A stretch of 63,948 nucleotides of DNA, filler included, from Cercozoa sp. M6MM (GCA_040357565.1; 16 parts of 16 records of this genome joined end to end with filler, not necessarily neighbours in it); one strand, 5' to 3'. Numbered from the whole stretch's first letter, positions 1-13,026 are shown. Translations and numbers: made by a program. The notes: generated by a model not told the origin, from the letters alone.

Positions 1-44
<44 letters not shown>

Positions 45-47
45 TAC

Positions 48-1282
48 CAGAGGCGGCAGCGGTGGCCTTCTGCGACTTGCGCAGCGCAGCTTCCTGCAGA
101 CACCTTAGTGTTTTTACCCCCCTCTGACTCCTCCTTAAGACAAACAGGCACCTGCGTGATCTTGGCACGGCGCAGCGGCAGCGGGTCCTCGCTCTTAAGC
201 TGTACCAGGTGGAATACACGGGTGGTGGGGGAGGGTAAACCAGAAGCATACCTGGGCGAGCTCGGCGGCGGCACGGTTGCGCTTGACGATGCCGATTGAT
301 TGGTCGGTCGACTTGGCCTCCAGCTCGGCGATCTTGCCATGGTAGGCCTGTCCGTGTACATGTACATGTACATGTACATGGTGTGCGTGTGTGTGTGTGT
401 GTGTGTGGGGGGGGAGTTGGGGTAAAGCATAGCACAGTACCTCTTCCTCAGCCTTGAGTGCAGCCACGGCAGCAGCCACCTCGGCCTGCAGAACAGGGGG
501 TAAGGGACGAAGCAGGTAAGGGTAGAGGTAGTAAGGAACAAAGAAACCTCAGCAGCCTCGGCGAGCTTCTGGGCCTCGACCGCCTTGGCCTGCGCAGCCT
601 GCGAAAGCTCGAGCTTAGAGTTGACCTCATCGAGGTCGGCCTGAGCCTTGGCCACGGCCTCGGTGTTGCTGCCCTGCGCGGCCGTCACCAGCTTCACCAC
701 GTCCTTGTTCTGCACACACTCACACATCGCCCATGCAGCCATACACACTCCTACCCTCGGCGGGAGAAACGCCTTACGTAGTGGAAGAGCAGGAACTCAG
801 TGAGAGCCATTTTCTGTGGCACTCAGGGGATAGATAACAGGAAGTAAAGGGGCGGAAGGGACAATAACAAGATGGCTACGCCGTTAAAGTCGAGGTCGAT
901 CTCGCGCAGCTTGCGACGCAGCGCCAACACCGTCAGCGTGGCACCCTATCACATCAGATCTTGATACTTTTACCACAGCTACAGGGTGGTTAGTACCTGC
1001 ATCTCAAGGAAGCGGTGCGACTCGAACTCATCGAGTTCATTTCCGCTTTCTCCAGCATCGTCCTGCTTGATCATGGCCTGGGCAAAGTCCCAGACCTGCT
1101 CGGCCTCCTCCTTCATACCGTCGTGCCAGAAGGCATTGAGGAACCACTTGGCTTGCGCGGCGTAGTTCTGACACCAGCAACAAGGTAAAACCGGACAACG
1201 AAAGACATGCAGGAGAACGATGCACCTTGGCCACGAGCTCGGCAAAGCCGCTCTTGACGCTTTCGGGAATCGAGGAGGACAT
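48..1282 (-). CDS. Calcium-regulated actin-bundling protein family (ABP34/'TolA-like' EF-hand protein), 3' partial, 9 exons
   Basis: Spliced product MSSSIPESVKSGFAELVAKNYAAQAKWFLNAFW...GNELDEFESHRFLE...LTVLALRRKLREIDLDFNGKMALTEFLLFHY...GIVKRNRAAAELAQLKSEDPLPLRRAKITQEAALRK. It has an EF-hand-like DxDxNG loop, and the QAxxFLNAxW and AEAAxR blocks resemble the Dictyostelium 34-kDa bundling protein. Confidence 0.7.
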
Positions 1283-1762
1283 TACAGGATCTCGTATGGC
1301 TTTCTATCCGATGCAGATGTGTGCACTCGCTTTGTTCTACTCGGTTATGTTTCGAACACTAGGAAGCAGCTGCGTCTGCGAGCTTTTCATCCTCGCGTGG
1401 CTACACCTGCACGCGCTCGAGCGATCAATCAATTTTGCTTGAAGCCTGCTGTCCGACGAGCTGTATTTCCCCTAAGTGCAATTGTAGCAGGCCGTAGAAG
1501 ATCTGCAAGCGCTTGCTTGTAATAGTGCTTGTATTACTTGTACAGACAATGCAGAAGATGATCGATACAGTACAACGTATTTGAAACGTATTTGTTGAAG
1601 ATTCGCCGAGCGTTCAACAGGTGCGGGCAGAAGCAGAAAATTCTCCAGCCTCTCTCGATCCTGCAGCTGCCTCTATTCAGTATTTGAGTTGCCTGCGCGC
1701 TTGTTAGCTGTTGTGAAAGCCTGTTGAGAGTCCTTACACCCCTGAGTCTCAATTCCCTTGCC

Positions 1763-2092
1763 ATGAGCAAAAATAAATCCATCGTCAAACTGGTATTTTT
1801 CGTGGTTGCAGTACCGCATTTTTCGCTCATACTTTTGCGGGCACAGGTCCTGCCGGACGGCGAGATTCGACGTCTCGTTCTTGAGGCAGCCACTGTCGAG
1901 CAGCAGTTCGCAGAGCTGCAGCAGCATGGTATATCAAGTGTCCCCAATTTGCACCCTTAGCTGTTTCATGTCAGTCTGTGTGCTTCCCAGTGGCCAGCCT
2001 CCTGACGCACGGTGCAGAGTACACGCTGACCTACAAGGATGAGGAAGGCGACACGGTACCATACACATAGCACATATAAAATGAATATTTAC

Positions 2093-2131
<39 letters not shown>

Positions 2132-4417
2132 TCACACTGGGCCAGCATGCTGGCGAACTGGCCGACGCTCTCCTGTGTGCCGAGGTGCCTTGTTCTGTGT
2201 TCCTTGTATCTGTACTTTGTGCGGCATGTCAGTATGTGTGCAGAAACTGATCAAGAAACTGCGTCTTACGGTGACCCTGCGGAATGCGTCGCAACCCAAG
2301 CCAGTGCCCAAGCCGGTGCCCAAGCCAGCGCCTGTGCCTGAGGTCCCTGTGACCAAGGAGCGACTGACGGGACGCGAGTTGCTGCGACGCTGTCTGACGT
2401 ACGCTGAGACACCGTCGATGCGAGCACACCTGCGTCGTCATGGTACCCAAGTACATCTACCTTATCTGTTATGCCGAAGTGGCTCGTAGGCAAGGTGTGC
2501 ACCAAGGTGGCCTGGGAAGACACTGCTCGCCATACGTACTCGTCGCTCGGACCCAACGCTGTAATTTTCTGCCCCACCTGTATCCTACAGTTTAACTCCC
2601 CTTTCCTCGGGTGTAGTGCGACCTCACTCTGGTGGTCAACAAGCAAGCCATGCCGATCATCCGCGCGGAGAACTTCCGCGACCTGACGGGTGACGTGCCC
2701 ATGCACCAGAGTACCTTGTTCTATCTTTTACCCCTTGCCCCTTTACCCCTTTTACCCCTTACTTACCCTCAGTGCGCATTGTGGTCGGTAACCACAAGCG
2801 CGGCACTCTGCGACGCGTCTCGCTTGCTGCCGGTATCGCTGCCCTCCATGCCTTCCATTACCCCCATTACCCCCTCCCCCCGCAGTTCTCCGCGACTTGA
2901 GTCTGGTGGCCAATGTGCCATCTGGCACGAGCGTGTTTGCCGACTCGCGCGACTCGCACTTTCTGGCGTCGCCGCAGACGTGTCTGCTGCCCGTGGCTCC
3001 GCGCGGACACACCGACTTTTGCGCGCGCATCCGCAGCATCACTGGACCGGTACCACGCAGTCTATATGGGGAAGTGCGATATGTATGCTTGCTGCACACA
3101 CACCCTACACGCACACAGGTGCTGACACTGGTGTGCACGGAATTCGGCACGTCCGCGCGGCTGTTGCACCGCGGTCAAACGTCGGACCTGACGCACAACG
3201 CCGCAGGCACGTCTCACATGCTCCGTGCCGTGCGACTGTCCGAAAAGGTAACCCCGCCCCGTTTACCCCCCCCCCCGCTTGGTTACCCCCCTGTTTACCC
3301 CCCCCCCGTGTTGTCCCTTAGCGTCGTCGCGAGGGCAGACCAAGCGGTGCCATGACGGCGCGCGAGAAGGCATCGCAGGTCGTTCTTATCGTGCAGGTGA
3401 GCTTGTCCATATGGACTTTCCACATGTAGCTAGCCTACGTGTAGCCACTTACCCTTGTGTTGTCGGTACAAGTAGGTGCCGCTGATGGAACGACCAGGCG
3501 CGCCAATCATCACGTACCAAGGCCGGCCGTGCGCGCCGTCGGTGTCGGACGTGAGCTATGGCGCCGCGCCTCTGCGCAAGCGATCTGTCGCTGCGGGTAC
3601 GCCCTTGTATTCTGCTACTTGTGCTCTTGTGCACCCCTACCCTTTACCCCTCCCCGCAGAGTGCTACGACGACTCTGACTCGGAGGAGGAAGGCGCCGAG
3701 GCGGTGGAAGCGGCGCAGTTGTGCGTTGGCCGACGTATCGGACCGTTCCCGGCTTCGCTGGCGCAACTGACGTAGTTTATCCTCCCACCCCCACCCCCTA
3801 TCACTCTGACCCAATTTATATCTGACCCAATTTATATCTGACCCAATTTATATCTGACCTACTTTATATCTGACCCACTTTTAATCTCACCTACTTTATA
3901 TCTTACCCATTCTATCTACCCATTCTATCTTACCCATTCTATCTTACCCATTCTATCTTACCCATTTTACTTATATCTTAGCCCACTTATCTTACCCTCC
4001 CCTTGTATCTTAATCCTTAATCTTACTCCCCTGCACTCAGGTCGGTAACGGACACGCTGTGCCGTCCGTGTGGACCGATTCATCGGCGATTGCGCGTGCT
4101 GCAGCGTGACACGCGGCACCCGGTGCGCGTCACGGTGCAGTTCTACCGCTGCAGTGGCACCGGACGCATCTCGCCGAGCGATATTGACGAGATTGTGGTA
4201 CCCTGACCTCTTATACCCCCCACCATACCATGTTGTGTGACCCATGTTGTGACAGGCCGAGCAGCAGCGTGTGTTTGACAATGCCGACTTTGTGGGCTCG
4301 CTGGTGACGGGCGAGGTTGTTCGCGGGACGACTGGTCCTCTGACGCCGCCCGACAACTGGTTCGACCGGCCCATTGAACCGACGCCAGTGCGTCCGATGC
4401 CGCCTGTATGCCGCTAG
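1763..4417 (+). CDS. PB1-domain protein fused to a conserved uncharacterised domain, about 15 exons
   Basis: The N-terminus IVKLVLPDGEIRRL...YTLTYKDEEGDTVTL has the PB1 Lys and the OPCA motif. The C-terminal part has blocks VAWEDTAR, MPIIRAENFRDLTGDV, IVVGN, QTCLLP, FGTSA, RDTRHPVRVTVQFYR, ADFVGSLV. Stop TAG at 4415-4417. Confidence 0.7.
3800..3990 (+). repeat. Intronic minisatellite drifting from TTTATATCTGACCCAA to TTCTATCTTACCCA units
   Basis: Tandem array read directly inside an intron of the PB1 gene. Confidence 0.9.
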
Positions 4418-4631
4418 AACTGACGCTTGCGCCTTTCTAGATCAACTGAAATGAATTTACTGTACTACCACCTGCATGCGAACCCACTGGCAATCTCGTA
4501 TACGATACAGCTGTCGCGTAGAACGAAATCGAACTCGTATGGTATGGTCATCAGTCTGGCTGGCTGGTACGGTATCGTATCATGCGTGTTATACAAGTTC
4601 GCGGGTCACGCTCAGCTGGCACGAGTCAGGC

Positions 4632-4789
4632 TTATCGAACGCGCATTCGCCGACGTCGCTTGGCGGCCTTGTTTTTGGATTTGCGGTTGCGCGCCTGGCG
4701 GCGCTGTTTGCGCACGGCGAGGGCACGGTGCATTTTGCTCTGACGCCGCTTCCGAGGTGGACGCGATTGGGAAGAGGCCAGCTACAGCA

Positions 4790-4855
<66 letters not shown>

Positions 4856-6010
4856 GGAGAACATACGGAACGCGGGCGTTTGCCCAGCTGCACAGGCACA
4901 CTGTCGTTGTAGCTGTCAACGCTGCTGTCGATACGCGGGTCGAAATCATCGGTGTCCTCGACAGCACCGTAGACCTCAGAAATCACGTCGTCCTTGTCGT
5001 ACTTGATGTCCGAGATACGACTGAAGGGGAGTGAAAGTAAGGACACAAAGTGGGTTTAGGGACGCGTACCCTGCAATATGAACGGTGGTGTTCTGCTCCT
5101 CTTGGTCTTGGTCTTGGTCTTGGTTTTGCTGTTCTTGGCCTTGGTTTTGCTGTTCTTGGTCTTGGTTTTGCTTTTCTTGCTTCTGCTTCTGTTGTTCTAG
5201 CTGCAGCTTTCGCTCTCGCTGTTCTTGCTGCTGATGTTGTTGTTCTTGCCGCTGCAGTTGCTGTTCTTGCCGCTGCTTCTGTTGTTGTTGCAGCGGCTTC
5301 TGTTGTTCTTGCAGCTGCTGGGTGTCGTCGTTTGCGTCGTCGCTCTCGTCGTCGGCAGTGTAGCCATCGTTGTCGCTATCAATGTCACTGAGGTCATCAA
5401 ACTGCCCATCGAAGTGCTCATCAAGTGCAGCACCGGCATGATCATTAACATGCTCATCTTCGATACACTGCTTAACAACACTGTTGTTGTTGATGATGCT
5501 GCTACTGCTGTTTGTGGTGGTGTTGGCGTCATCATCGTTGGCTTCGTTGGTGTTGTCCACGATGGCACTGTCGCTCTCCTCCGGCTCCTTCTTGAACTCG
5601 GATTTCAAGACAACACGCTGAGAAAGCAAATAGAAACTCTAGCTGCATCATGAGAAACATCTCTGATCGGATAAACTAACTCACCGACGCAAACAGGCGG
5701 ATTTCGGCAGATCGTAGTTCGTCTTGCGTTCTGCAAACAAGAGCCGTCAATTTACAAATGAGGGCTGGAAAAAGAAGGAAGTGCAAGTCACTTTCGTAGC
5801 AAATCATTGGCTCCAATGCACGCGAGCTCACTTAGTGTGCAATGCTGCTTCACTGTCTGCAGGAAGCTGGCTGTGGAGAGTCAGCAGTACACATGTAAGA
5901 TGTTTGGTGGACCAAAACAGCACAGGCATTCGCTCGAAAAAAAATGATGTACATAATCGATCACCACGGGCTTCTGACGCCGATCCAGCTAAGGATGGTG
6001 GGTCTCTCAT
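4632..6010 (-). CDS. Hypothetical acidic/Gln-rich protein with basic C-terminus (start uncertain)
   Basis: Long D/E/Q-rich exon (ORF 4976-5629) followed by spliced exons ending in RKRRQSKMHRALAVRKQRRQARNRKSKNKAAKRRRRMRVR*. Confidence 0.55.
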
Positions 6011-6115
6011 GCTGATTTTCACCGTAAACCACTGGCAAACACCATACACAAGCCAAAAACGGAGTTTTGGTTTTTAATAAATCTAGGAAACTTGGACCAC
6101 GTTGACCGAATCAGT

Positions 6116-6176
<61 letters not shown>

Positions 6177-6276
6177 NNNNNNNNNNNNNNNNNNNNNNNN
6201 NNNNNNNNNNNNNNNNNNNNTTAATTAATTAANNNNNNNNNNNNNNNNNNNNNNNNNNNNNNNNNNNNNNNNNNNN
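6177..6276. other. Artificial contig-joining spacer (first of 15)
   Basis: N44-TTAATTAATTAA-N44 puts stops in all six frames. Identical spacers at 11802-11901, 13642-13741, 14899-14998, 20125-20224, 21549-21648, 25488-25587, 27543-27642, 35631-35730, 41322-41421, 47278-47377, 49153-49252, 58943-59042, 61075-61174, 62829-62928. Plain scaffold gaps at 26382-26481, 28513-28522, 43738-43747, 58023-58122. Confidence 0.98.
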
Positions 6277-6339
<63 letters not shown>

Positions 6340-6348
6340 AATGGGTAC

Positions 6349-9121
6349 ATCAATATTCCGTTGAGCACGCTCCTCGACGCTGAGTTCCTTCTGCGGCTCG
6401 GGCTGTCACACAGATAGTCAGTACACATCGAGAAAGATAGACCATACCCGACAAAGGAGAGGTACCGAAGCAGTCGGCGAGGCAGCAGCACTCGACGAAG
6501 CCGAGGCCGCCGTGCTCGTGGCACGCGGCGCCTTCTTGCGGTCCAGCTGCGCCATATCGACGGTGAACTTGATGGCGTCGGCGGCGGCCTTGGAACGCAG
6601 GTAGTACATGCCGGTCTTGAGGCCCTTCTTCCAGCCGTAGAAGTGCATGCTCGTGAGCTTGCCAAAGTTCGGATTCTGCATGTACACCGAGAAGCTCTGT
6701 GACTGGTCAATGAACGCGGCACGGTCGGCCGCCATGTCGATCAGCACGCGCTGCTTGATCTCCCAGACCTATTAGGGGGAGGGAGGGGCATGGGTAGGGG
6801 GCAAAAGGTAGGAAGAATGGAGGGGGTAAATAGGAAGTATACCGTCTTGTACAGCGCCTTGAGCTCCTGCGGCACATCGAGCGCCTGCACCGAGCCGTCG
6901 TGCGCGATGAGCTCGTTCTTGAGTTCCTGCGGGGGGTAAAGGGTAGGGTAGAAGGTAAAGGGACAGATGCCTACCGGAGTCCAGAGGCCGAGTCGGATGA
7001 GGTCACGCATCAGGTGCTGATTGACGCAGACGAACTCGCCGGCCAGCGTGCGTCGCACGAAGCAGTTGGACGTGTAGGGCTCGAAGCACTCGTTGTTGCC
7101 GAGGATCTGCGAGGTCGAGGCCGTCGGCATGGGCGCCACCAGCAGCGAGTTGCGCAGGCCGTGCTGCGCGATCTTGGCCTTGAGTGCCGTCCAGTCCCAA
7201 AGACCCTCGGTGGGCGTGACGCCCCACATGTCGAACTGCAGGATACCCTGCGAGGCCGGCGAGCCCGGATAGCTCTCGTACGGCCCGTCCTGCGCGGCTT
7301 GTTCGCACGAGGCCTGCAGTGCGCCAAAGTAGATCGTCTCGAAGATCTTGCGGTTCACGACGGCCGCGTCAGCCGAGTCGAACGGCATGCGCAACAATGC
7401 GAACGTGTCCGCCAAGCCTTGCACACCGATACCGACCGGACTACGGAGTGGGGGGGGGGGGTCGGGGGTAGGTATGGGTAGATGGGTAGCGACAAGAGAG
7501 AGAGAAAGGATATACCGGTGACGCATGTTGGAGTTACGCGCCTCCTTGACCGGGTAGTAGTTGATGTCGATGACGCGGTTGAGGTTGAAGGCCACTTGGT
7601 AGGCCACCTGGCGCAGCTTCTCGTAGTCGAAACTCTTGTCGCCGACGTCGACGAACTTGGGCAGTGCGATCGAGGCGAGGTTGCACACGGCCACCTCGTC
7701 CGAGTTGGTGTACTCCATGATCTCTGTGCACAGGTTGGACGAGCGGATCGTGCCGAGGTTCTTCTGGTTGCTCTTCTTGTTGCAGGCGTCCTTGTACAAC
7801 ATGTACGGCGTGCCCGTCTCGACCTGCGCGTCCAGGATGGCCGTCCACAACTTGCGCGCCTGCACCTGCCGCTTGAAGCGGCCCTCCTGCTCGTAGCGCT
7901 CATACAACGCCACGAACTCGTCGCCGTACACGTCGCACAGGCCGGGACACTCGTCGGGACACATGAGCGACCACACGCCGTTCTGCTCGACACGCTGCAT
8001 GAAGAGGTCCGGCACCCACAGCGCCAGGAACAGGTCACGTGCGCGTACTTCCTCCTGCCGGGGGGGGGGGGGGTAAAGAGTAAAGAGTAAAGGGGTAAGA
8101 GGAAGGCACCTTGCCCGTGTTCTTGCGCAGATCGAGGAAGTCGAACACATCGGCGTGCCACGGCTCCAGGTAGATGGCGAAGGAGCCCTTGCGCTTGCCA
8201 CCGCCCTACTCACATAGCACGGGGATATGGAGGGAGGAGGGAGGAGGGGGTAGGGCGGCAAAGTACCTGGTCGACGTAGCGAGCCGTGTTGTTAAAGACA
8301 CGGAGCATGGGAACGAGGCCGTTGGAGGTGCCGTTGGTGCCGCGGATGTAGCTGCCCGAGGCGCGGATGTTGTGCGTCGAGAGGCCAATGCCGCCGGCGT
8401 TCTTGGAGATCATGGCGCACTGCTTGAGCGTGTCGTAGATGCCCTCGATCGAGTCGTCCTGCATGGTCAGCAGGAAGCACGACGACAGCTGCGGACGCGG
8501 CGTGCCGGCGTTGAACATCGTGGGCGACGCGTGTGTGAACCATTTCTCGCTCATCATCGTGTAGGTCTGCAGAGCCTGCGCCACGTCGGCCTTGTGGATG
8601 CCGAGTGCCACGCGCATCAGCATGTGCTGCGGACGCTCGGCGATCTGCCCGTTGATCTTGAGCAGGTAGCCGCGCATGAGCGTGCGGATGCCAAAGTAGT
8701 CGTACGTGTAGTCGCGCTCCATCACGATGGCCTCGTCGAGCTGCTGCTTGTGTTGCTGCACCAGCTCGTACACGTCCTGCGCGATCAGCGGGCCCGGCTT
8801 CTGCGTCTTGGGATTCACGTACTTGTGCAGGTCCTCGATCACGTCGCTGAACTTGGCCTTGGTACGCTTGTGCAGGTCCGACACCGTGAGGCGCGCCGCC
8901 AGCATGCCGTAGTCCGGGTGCACCGTCACCATGTGCGCCGCCGTCTGCGCCGCCAACTCGTCCAGTTCGCTCGTCTTGACGCCATTGTAGACGCCGGCGA
9001 TCACTTTCTGCGACAGCACGGCCGGGTCGACGGCGAGCTCCCAGCTCAGCTTGCGGATGCGCGCCGTGATCTTGTCAAACGTCACCGGCTCGCGCCGTCC
9101 GTCACGCTTCACGACCTCCAT
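6349..9121 (-). CDS. RRM1: Ribonucleoside-diphosphate reductase large subunit (class Ia), 3' partial
   Basis: ATP cone [22 protein letters not shown]; motifs [57 protein letters not shown]; 7 GT-AG donors. The final CxxC exon lies beyond the contig end. Confidence 0.98.
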
Positions 9122-9833
9122 CTTGCTCGCTGCGGTAGAATTGTGTCGTGAGGTTGGTCGAAATTTCCTGGCTGAACAGAACATGCACTCTTGTGGTTGA
9201 GATCGCAGTTGATGGGGTTTAAAAAAAACTGGCGGGCAGAATGGGCCAAACAATGTTATACAGCATCACATTCACTCAAACATCACATCAATGTAATCAC
9301 ATTCACTCAAACAACACAGAAGACACAATCGGTCAGGAGGTTCGAAAATTGAGAGTTCATCCTGCATACCAGCGAAGAACGCCGGGTAGTGAAATAAACC
9401 CGCTCAGCACCACACAGGAGCACCTCGTGATAAGTGGTTCTTCAAATAATATCGGAAAAAGTCCACTGGAGCGCTGTTCTGAGGATCAGAGCCCAGACGA
9501 CAACTGACAACGTGCCAAAATTCAAAGCGCCAAAAACTACACCTGAGAAATACAGAGATCTTGGTAGCTCTTGTAGCGGACTTACCCAGTGGCCTAATAG
9601 TGCAGCTCGAAAAACCGTCACACAAGTGATGGCACCAAAGCGAGATCGATCGTTGCACGAGCGGCACTATTAAAGTCCCGTCGCTCTTCTTGTACAGTCA
9701 TACTGTACCACCAAAACTTTACGGTGCTCTACACGCTTTGGCAGTGTGCCTAGACGTGTGTTAGTGGTGCAGTAACATCGGAAAAGCTCTACATGCTGAT
9801 CGAGGAGTGAGCGTATCAACAACTTGCCCAATT

Positions 9834-11547
9834 ATGGATTCTCTCGACGAGGAGCTGTCGGCCTTTGTGCGGCGACTGAACATGTCGCGTTCGCAGCTCC
9901 AGTTGAACCCAAAGGAGGAAATTACATCACTGGCAATGTACCTGGACACGCTGTATGTGGGCACGTCGTATAGCACAGTGTTGCTGGTGCATCTCAACAA
10001 GCCCGAGCAGGCCAATCCGTTCGCTGAGGATGGTACTTCTCTTGTTCTGACTGGTTAGGGTGTTAAACGATAAGAGTTTGGTTGCCTCTGTTCAGGCCAG
10101 CGATCGCGTCGTTCTTCATCGTCGTCATCGCGCGGTCTGTCGGAGCTGGCGACAGTGCCAGAACTGGGCGCTCGTGTCGCCGTCTGCAGCGGCAAGAAGC
10201 GCGTCACGGGACTCTACGTGATGCCGGCACTCGACACACTCCTCGTGCTCTGCGACGGTCGACTCTTCTGCTTAAATTTGGGTACCCTCTGTCCATCTGT
10301 CCGTACACCTGTAGCCAGTGAAGCCATATGTTACATATTAGGCCTTATGTTATATGTTATGTATCTGTTTATATGTTATGTGTGTATTTATGCGCGGGTG
10401 TATGGCAGCGTCGAACGAGGTGACAACGCCGCTGAAGAAAGTGCGCAACGTGGACGCCGTGGCCGTGCAGGGCCACGCGAACTGTCGCTCGGTGGTGGTG
10501 GCGGCCAAGCGGCAGCTCATCTACCTGCTGCACGAGGACGGCCGCTTCGTGCGAGGCAAGGAGGTGTCGCTGCCCGACGCGGCGACCTCGCTGTGCTGGC
10601 GAGGCAAGCACGTCTGCGTGGCACTCAAGAAACGCCGCTACATTCTGCTGAACATTGAGACGGGCGAGTGCAGCGACCTGCACGTGCCACTCAGTGGACC
10701 CGACGATCGCAGCGTCCGCGCGCAGGTCGCCAGTGTCTCTCATGACCAGATCATCCTGCGATCCGCGCACGGCGCTCTCTTCGTCTTCCTCAAGTAGCAT
10801 ACCATATGCAGCTGGGTCCCTTCTGACTGACTGAGGACTAAGTGCCACCATGTGCCAACTTGCGCAGGTGGGATGGCACCCTGGCAACACGTGCGCCAAT
10901 AGAGTTCTCGTCGGCACCGCTGCAGGTGGTCGTGTGCGGCATGTACCTCGCTGGCGTCGTCAACAGCATCAGCGACTCGCCTTCAGGTACCCTACTAACA
11001 AACTATTTGACTAGCCTACTACCAGACTCCCCTACTACCTGACCACCTACTGAACAAGTGTGTCCAGCAGAGAGCCAGAGCGACGAGGTGCTGCTGGACA
11101 GCGAGGGTCGCATCGAGATCTTCTCGCTCGAGGACTCGCGCATGGTGCAGTCCTTCCCGTTCCCGCTGCCGGCCACGCTGTGGTCGCCCACTCTGGTAAC
11201 CTCACGTGACACGTGATCGCCCACTGATCAACCCTGATCGCCCACGTGTGACCTCACTGAGTCGCTGTAGAACGCGAGTACGGCCGATGCGACGTCGCAC
11301 AGTCGCGCCAAAGTGCCGCACTTTGCCGCCTTCTCGCCCCATGGTACAGCTTGCCTTCGCAGCCTTAATTTTTGGGACACATGGACCAAGTGCAGGACTG
11401 CGCGTACTGGCTACGGCGCCCCTGATGGACCAGGTGCGGCAGTTTCTGCGACGCCTCCGCGTGGAGGAGGCGCAGACGCTCATCTACAGCGCCGATCCGC
11501 CGCCGCCGCAGGACGAGTTCCGCTACTTCCACGAGCAGGCCGGCCTG
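9834..11547 (+). CDS. CNH-domain Vps39/Vam6/TGFBRAP1-like tethering subunit, 3' partial
   Basis: LYVGTS, KKRVTGLYVMPALDTLLVLCDG, KEVSLPDAATSLCWRGKHVCVA, YILLNIETG, RAPIEFSSAP, PLMDQVRQFL...EEA. The motif order fits a CNH propeller followed by the Vps39 helical region. Confidence 0.8.
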
Positions 11548-11569
11548 GTATTGCCCCCCACCCTCTTAT

Positions 11570-11801
11570 ACTTATCTATCTATCTGTCTCTGTCTATCCA
11601 CTATCTACCTTTCTTTCTAGCTGTATTATATGTTTGCTTATCTGTATCCATCCATCTATCTATCTATCTATCTAGCTACCTACCTACCTACCTCCCTACC
11701 TACCTATCTGCCTACCTACCTACTTATCTACCTACCTGCCTACCTACCTACCTGCCTACCTACCTACCTACCTACCTACCTACCTACCTACCTACCTACC
11801 T
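11570..11801 (+). repeat. (TATC)/(CCTA)n microsatellite in an intron at the contig end
   Basis: Seen directly. Confidence 0.95.
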
Positions 11802-11901
11802 NNNNNNNNNNNNNNNNNNNNNNNNNNNNNNNNNNNNNNNNNNNNTTAATTAATTAANNNNNNNNNNNNNNNNNNNNNNNNNNNNNNNNNNNNNNNNNNN
11901 N

Positions 11902-12809
11902 TGAGTTCGGTGATTGAGTCGCCCGGCATTGTGCGCTTTCGCGGCAAGACTGTCGAGAATCTGGATCAGTCGTTTTGGCAGCTGTTAAAACAGGTAAAGC
12001 TTAGTTCAGTTCACTCTCCTTTTTTCATAACATGTGTGTCGGGTGCAGTGTGCCGAATTTGATCTGTTCGTATACCCGCCTGATGTGCCGAACCTCATGA
12101 TATATGATGACGTGCTTGATACGGCAAAGTACCAGGTTTCTCTCTTTTCTTTGTGCTACACACACACTGTCGAGTCCATCTCCACGTCCACACACACACA
12201 CACACCACACACACACACACCACACACTCACACACACATACACACACACACATACACACACACATACACACACACACATACACACACACGCACACACATA
12301 TATAAACTTACATATATATGTACATATTTATGTCAATGTATATATATGCTTGCATTATGTCAGGCTCAGGCAGAACGAGGCGTGACAGTCTTGGTGCGTT
12401 CCGAGCGAAACAACGGTCGCTTTGTGTACGCCGAGTTGCACATGCTCGACCAGCCGTACCTATCTGCTTTTTGTTCCCCTTTCCTATGTGCATAATTTTT
12501 CTGGCGTAGAACGGCCATAGTGAACGCGGGCGACGATGCACTTGAAGTCAATGAGGATCTGCTGGTGATCACCGTGCGACCGCGTGTTGCTGCCGAATGC
12601 ACTGGTGGATTTATTTTCCTCTGGTCTGAGGTTTCTGGAACAGTCAGGATTTCTCGCCTCGGCCTTGTGCTTCCTGCTTTGGCGCGGAAATTTCAGTTGA
12701 ATGAATCAAAACAGCGTACTCTGGTTCAGTACTGTACGTTTCTTAAACTTCAGCGGTGAACTTTCAGAGGTCGAGACGCTCTAGAAGCCACTGCAGCAGG
12801 AGAAATTAA
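11902..12809 (+). CDS. Hypothetical protein, 5' partial, 3' end uncertain
   Basis: At least four exons join in frame through GT-AG introns (SSVIESPGIVRFRG...CAEFDLFVYPPDVPNL...AERGVTVLVRSE...). No family recognised. Confidence 0.5.
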
Positions 12810-13026
12810 AGAAAATATGGCGGGATAAACAGTACAATTGTATCAAATACAGTACTGGCGGAATAGACAAGAGAACTTCCATCACTGATGAATAAGAATT
12901 AGTATCGAAACGGTACAAGTATTGACAGTTGATGAAGTGATGGCAATTATTGAATTCCAACAGACGGCTTAGTAAAGAATCAGACTACAGCAGGCGCGTG
13001 CTGATACAGTGTAGGCACATCTCCCT

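Noticed and set aside
48-9121. Nearly all introns in phase 0 (8 of 9 in the ABP34-like gene, 6 of 7 in RRM1)
   Set aside because: PRP4, PDI and other genes have mixed phases, so there is no general rule.
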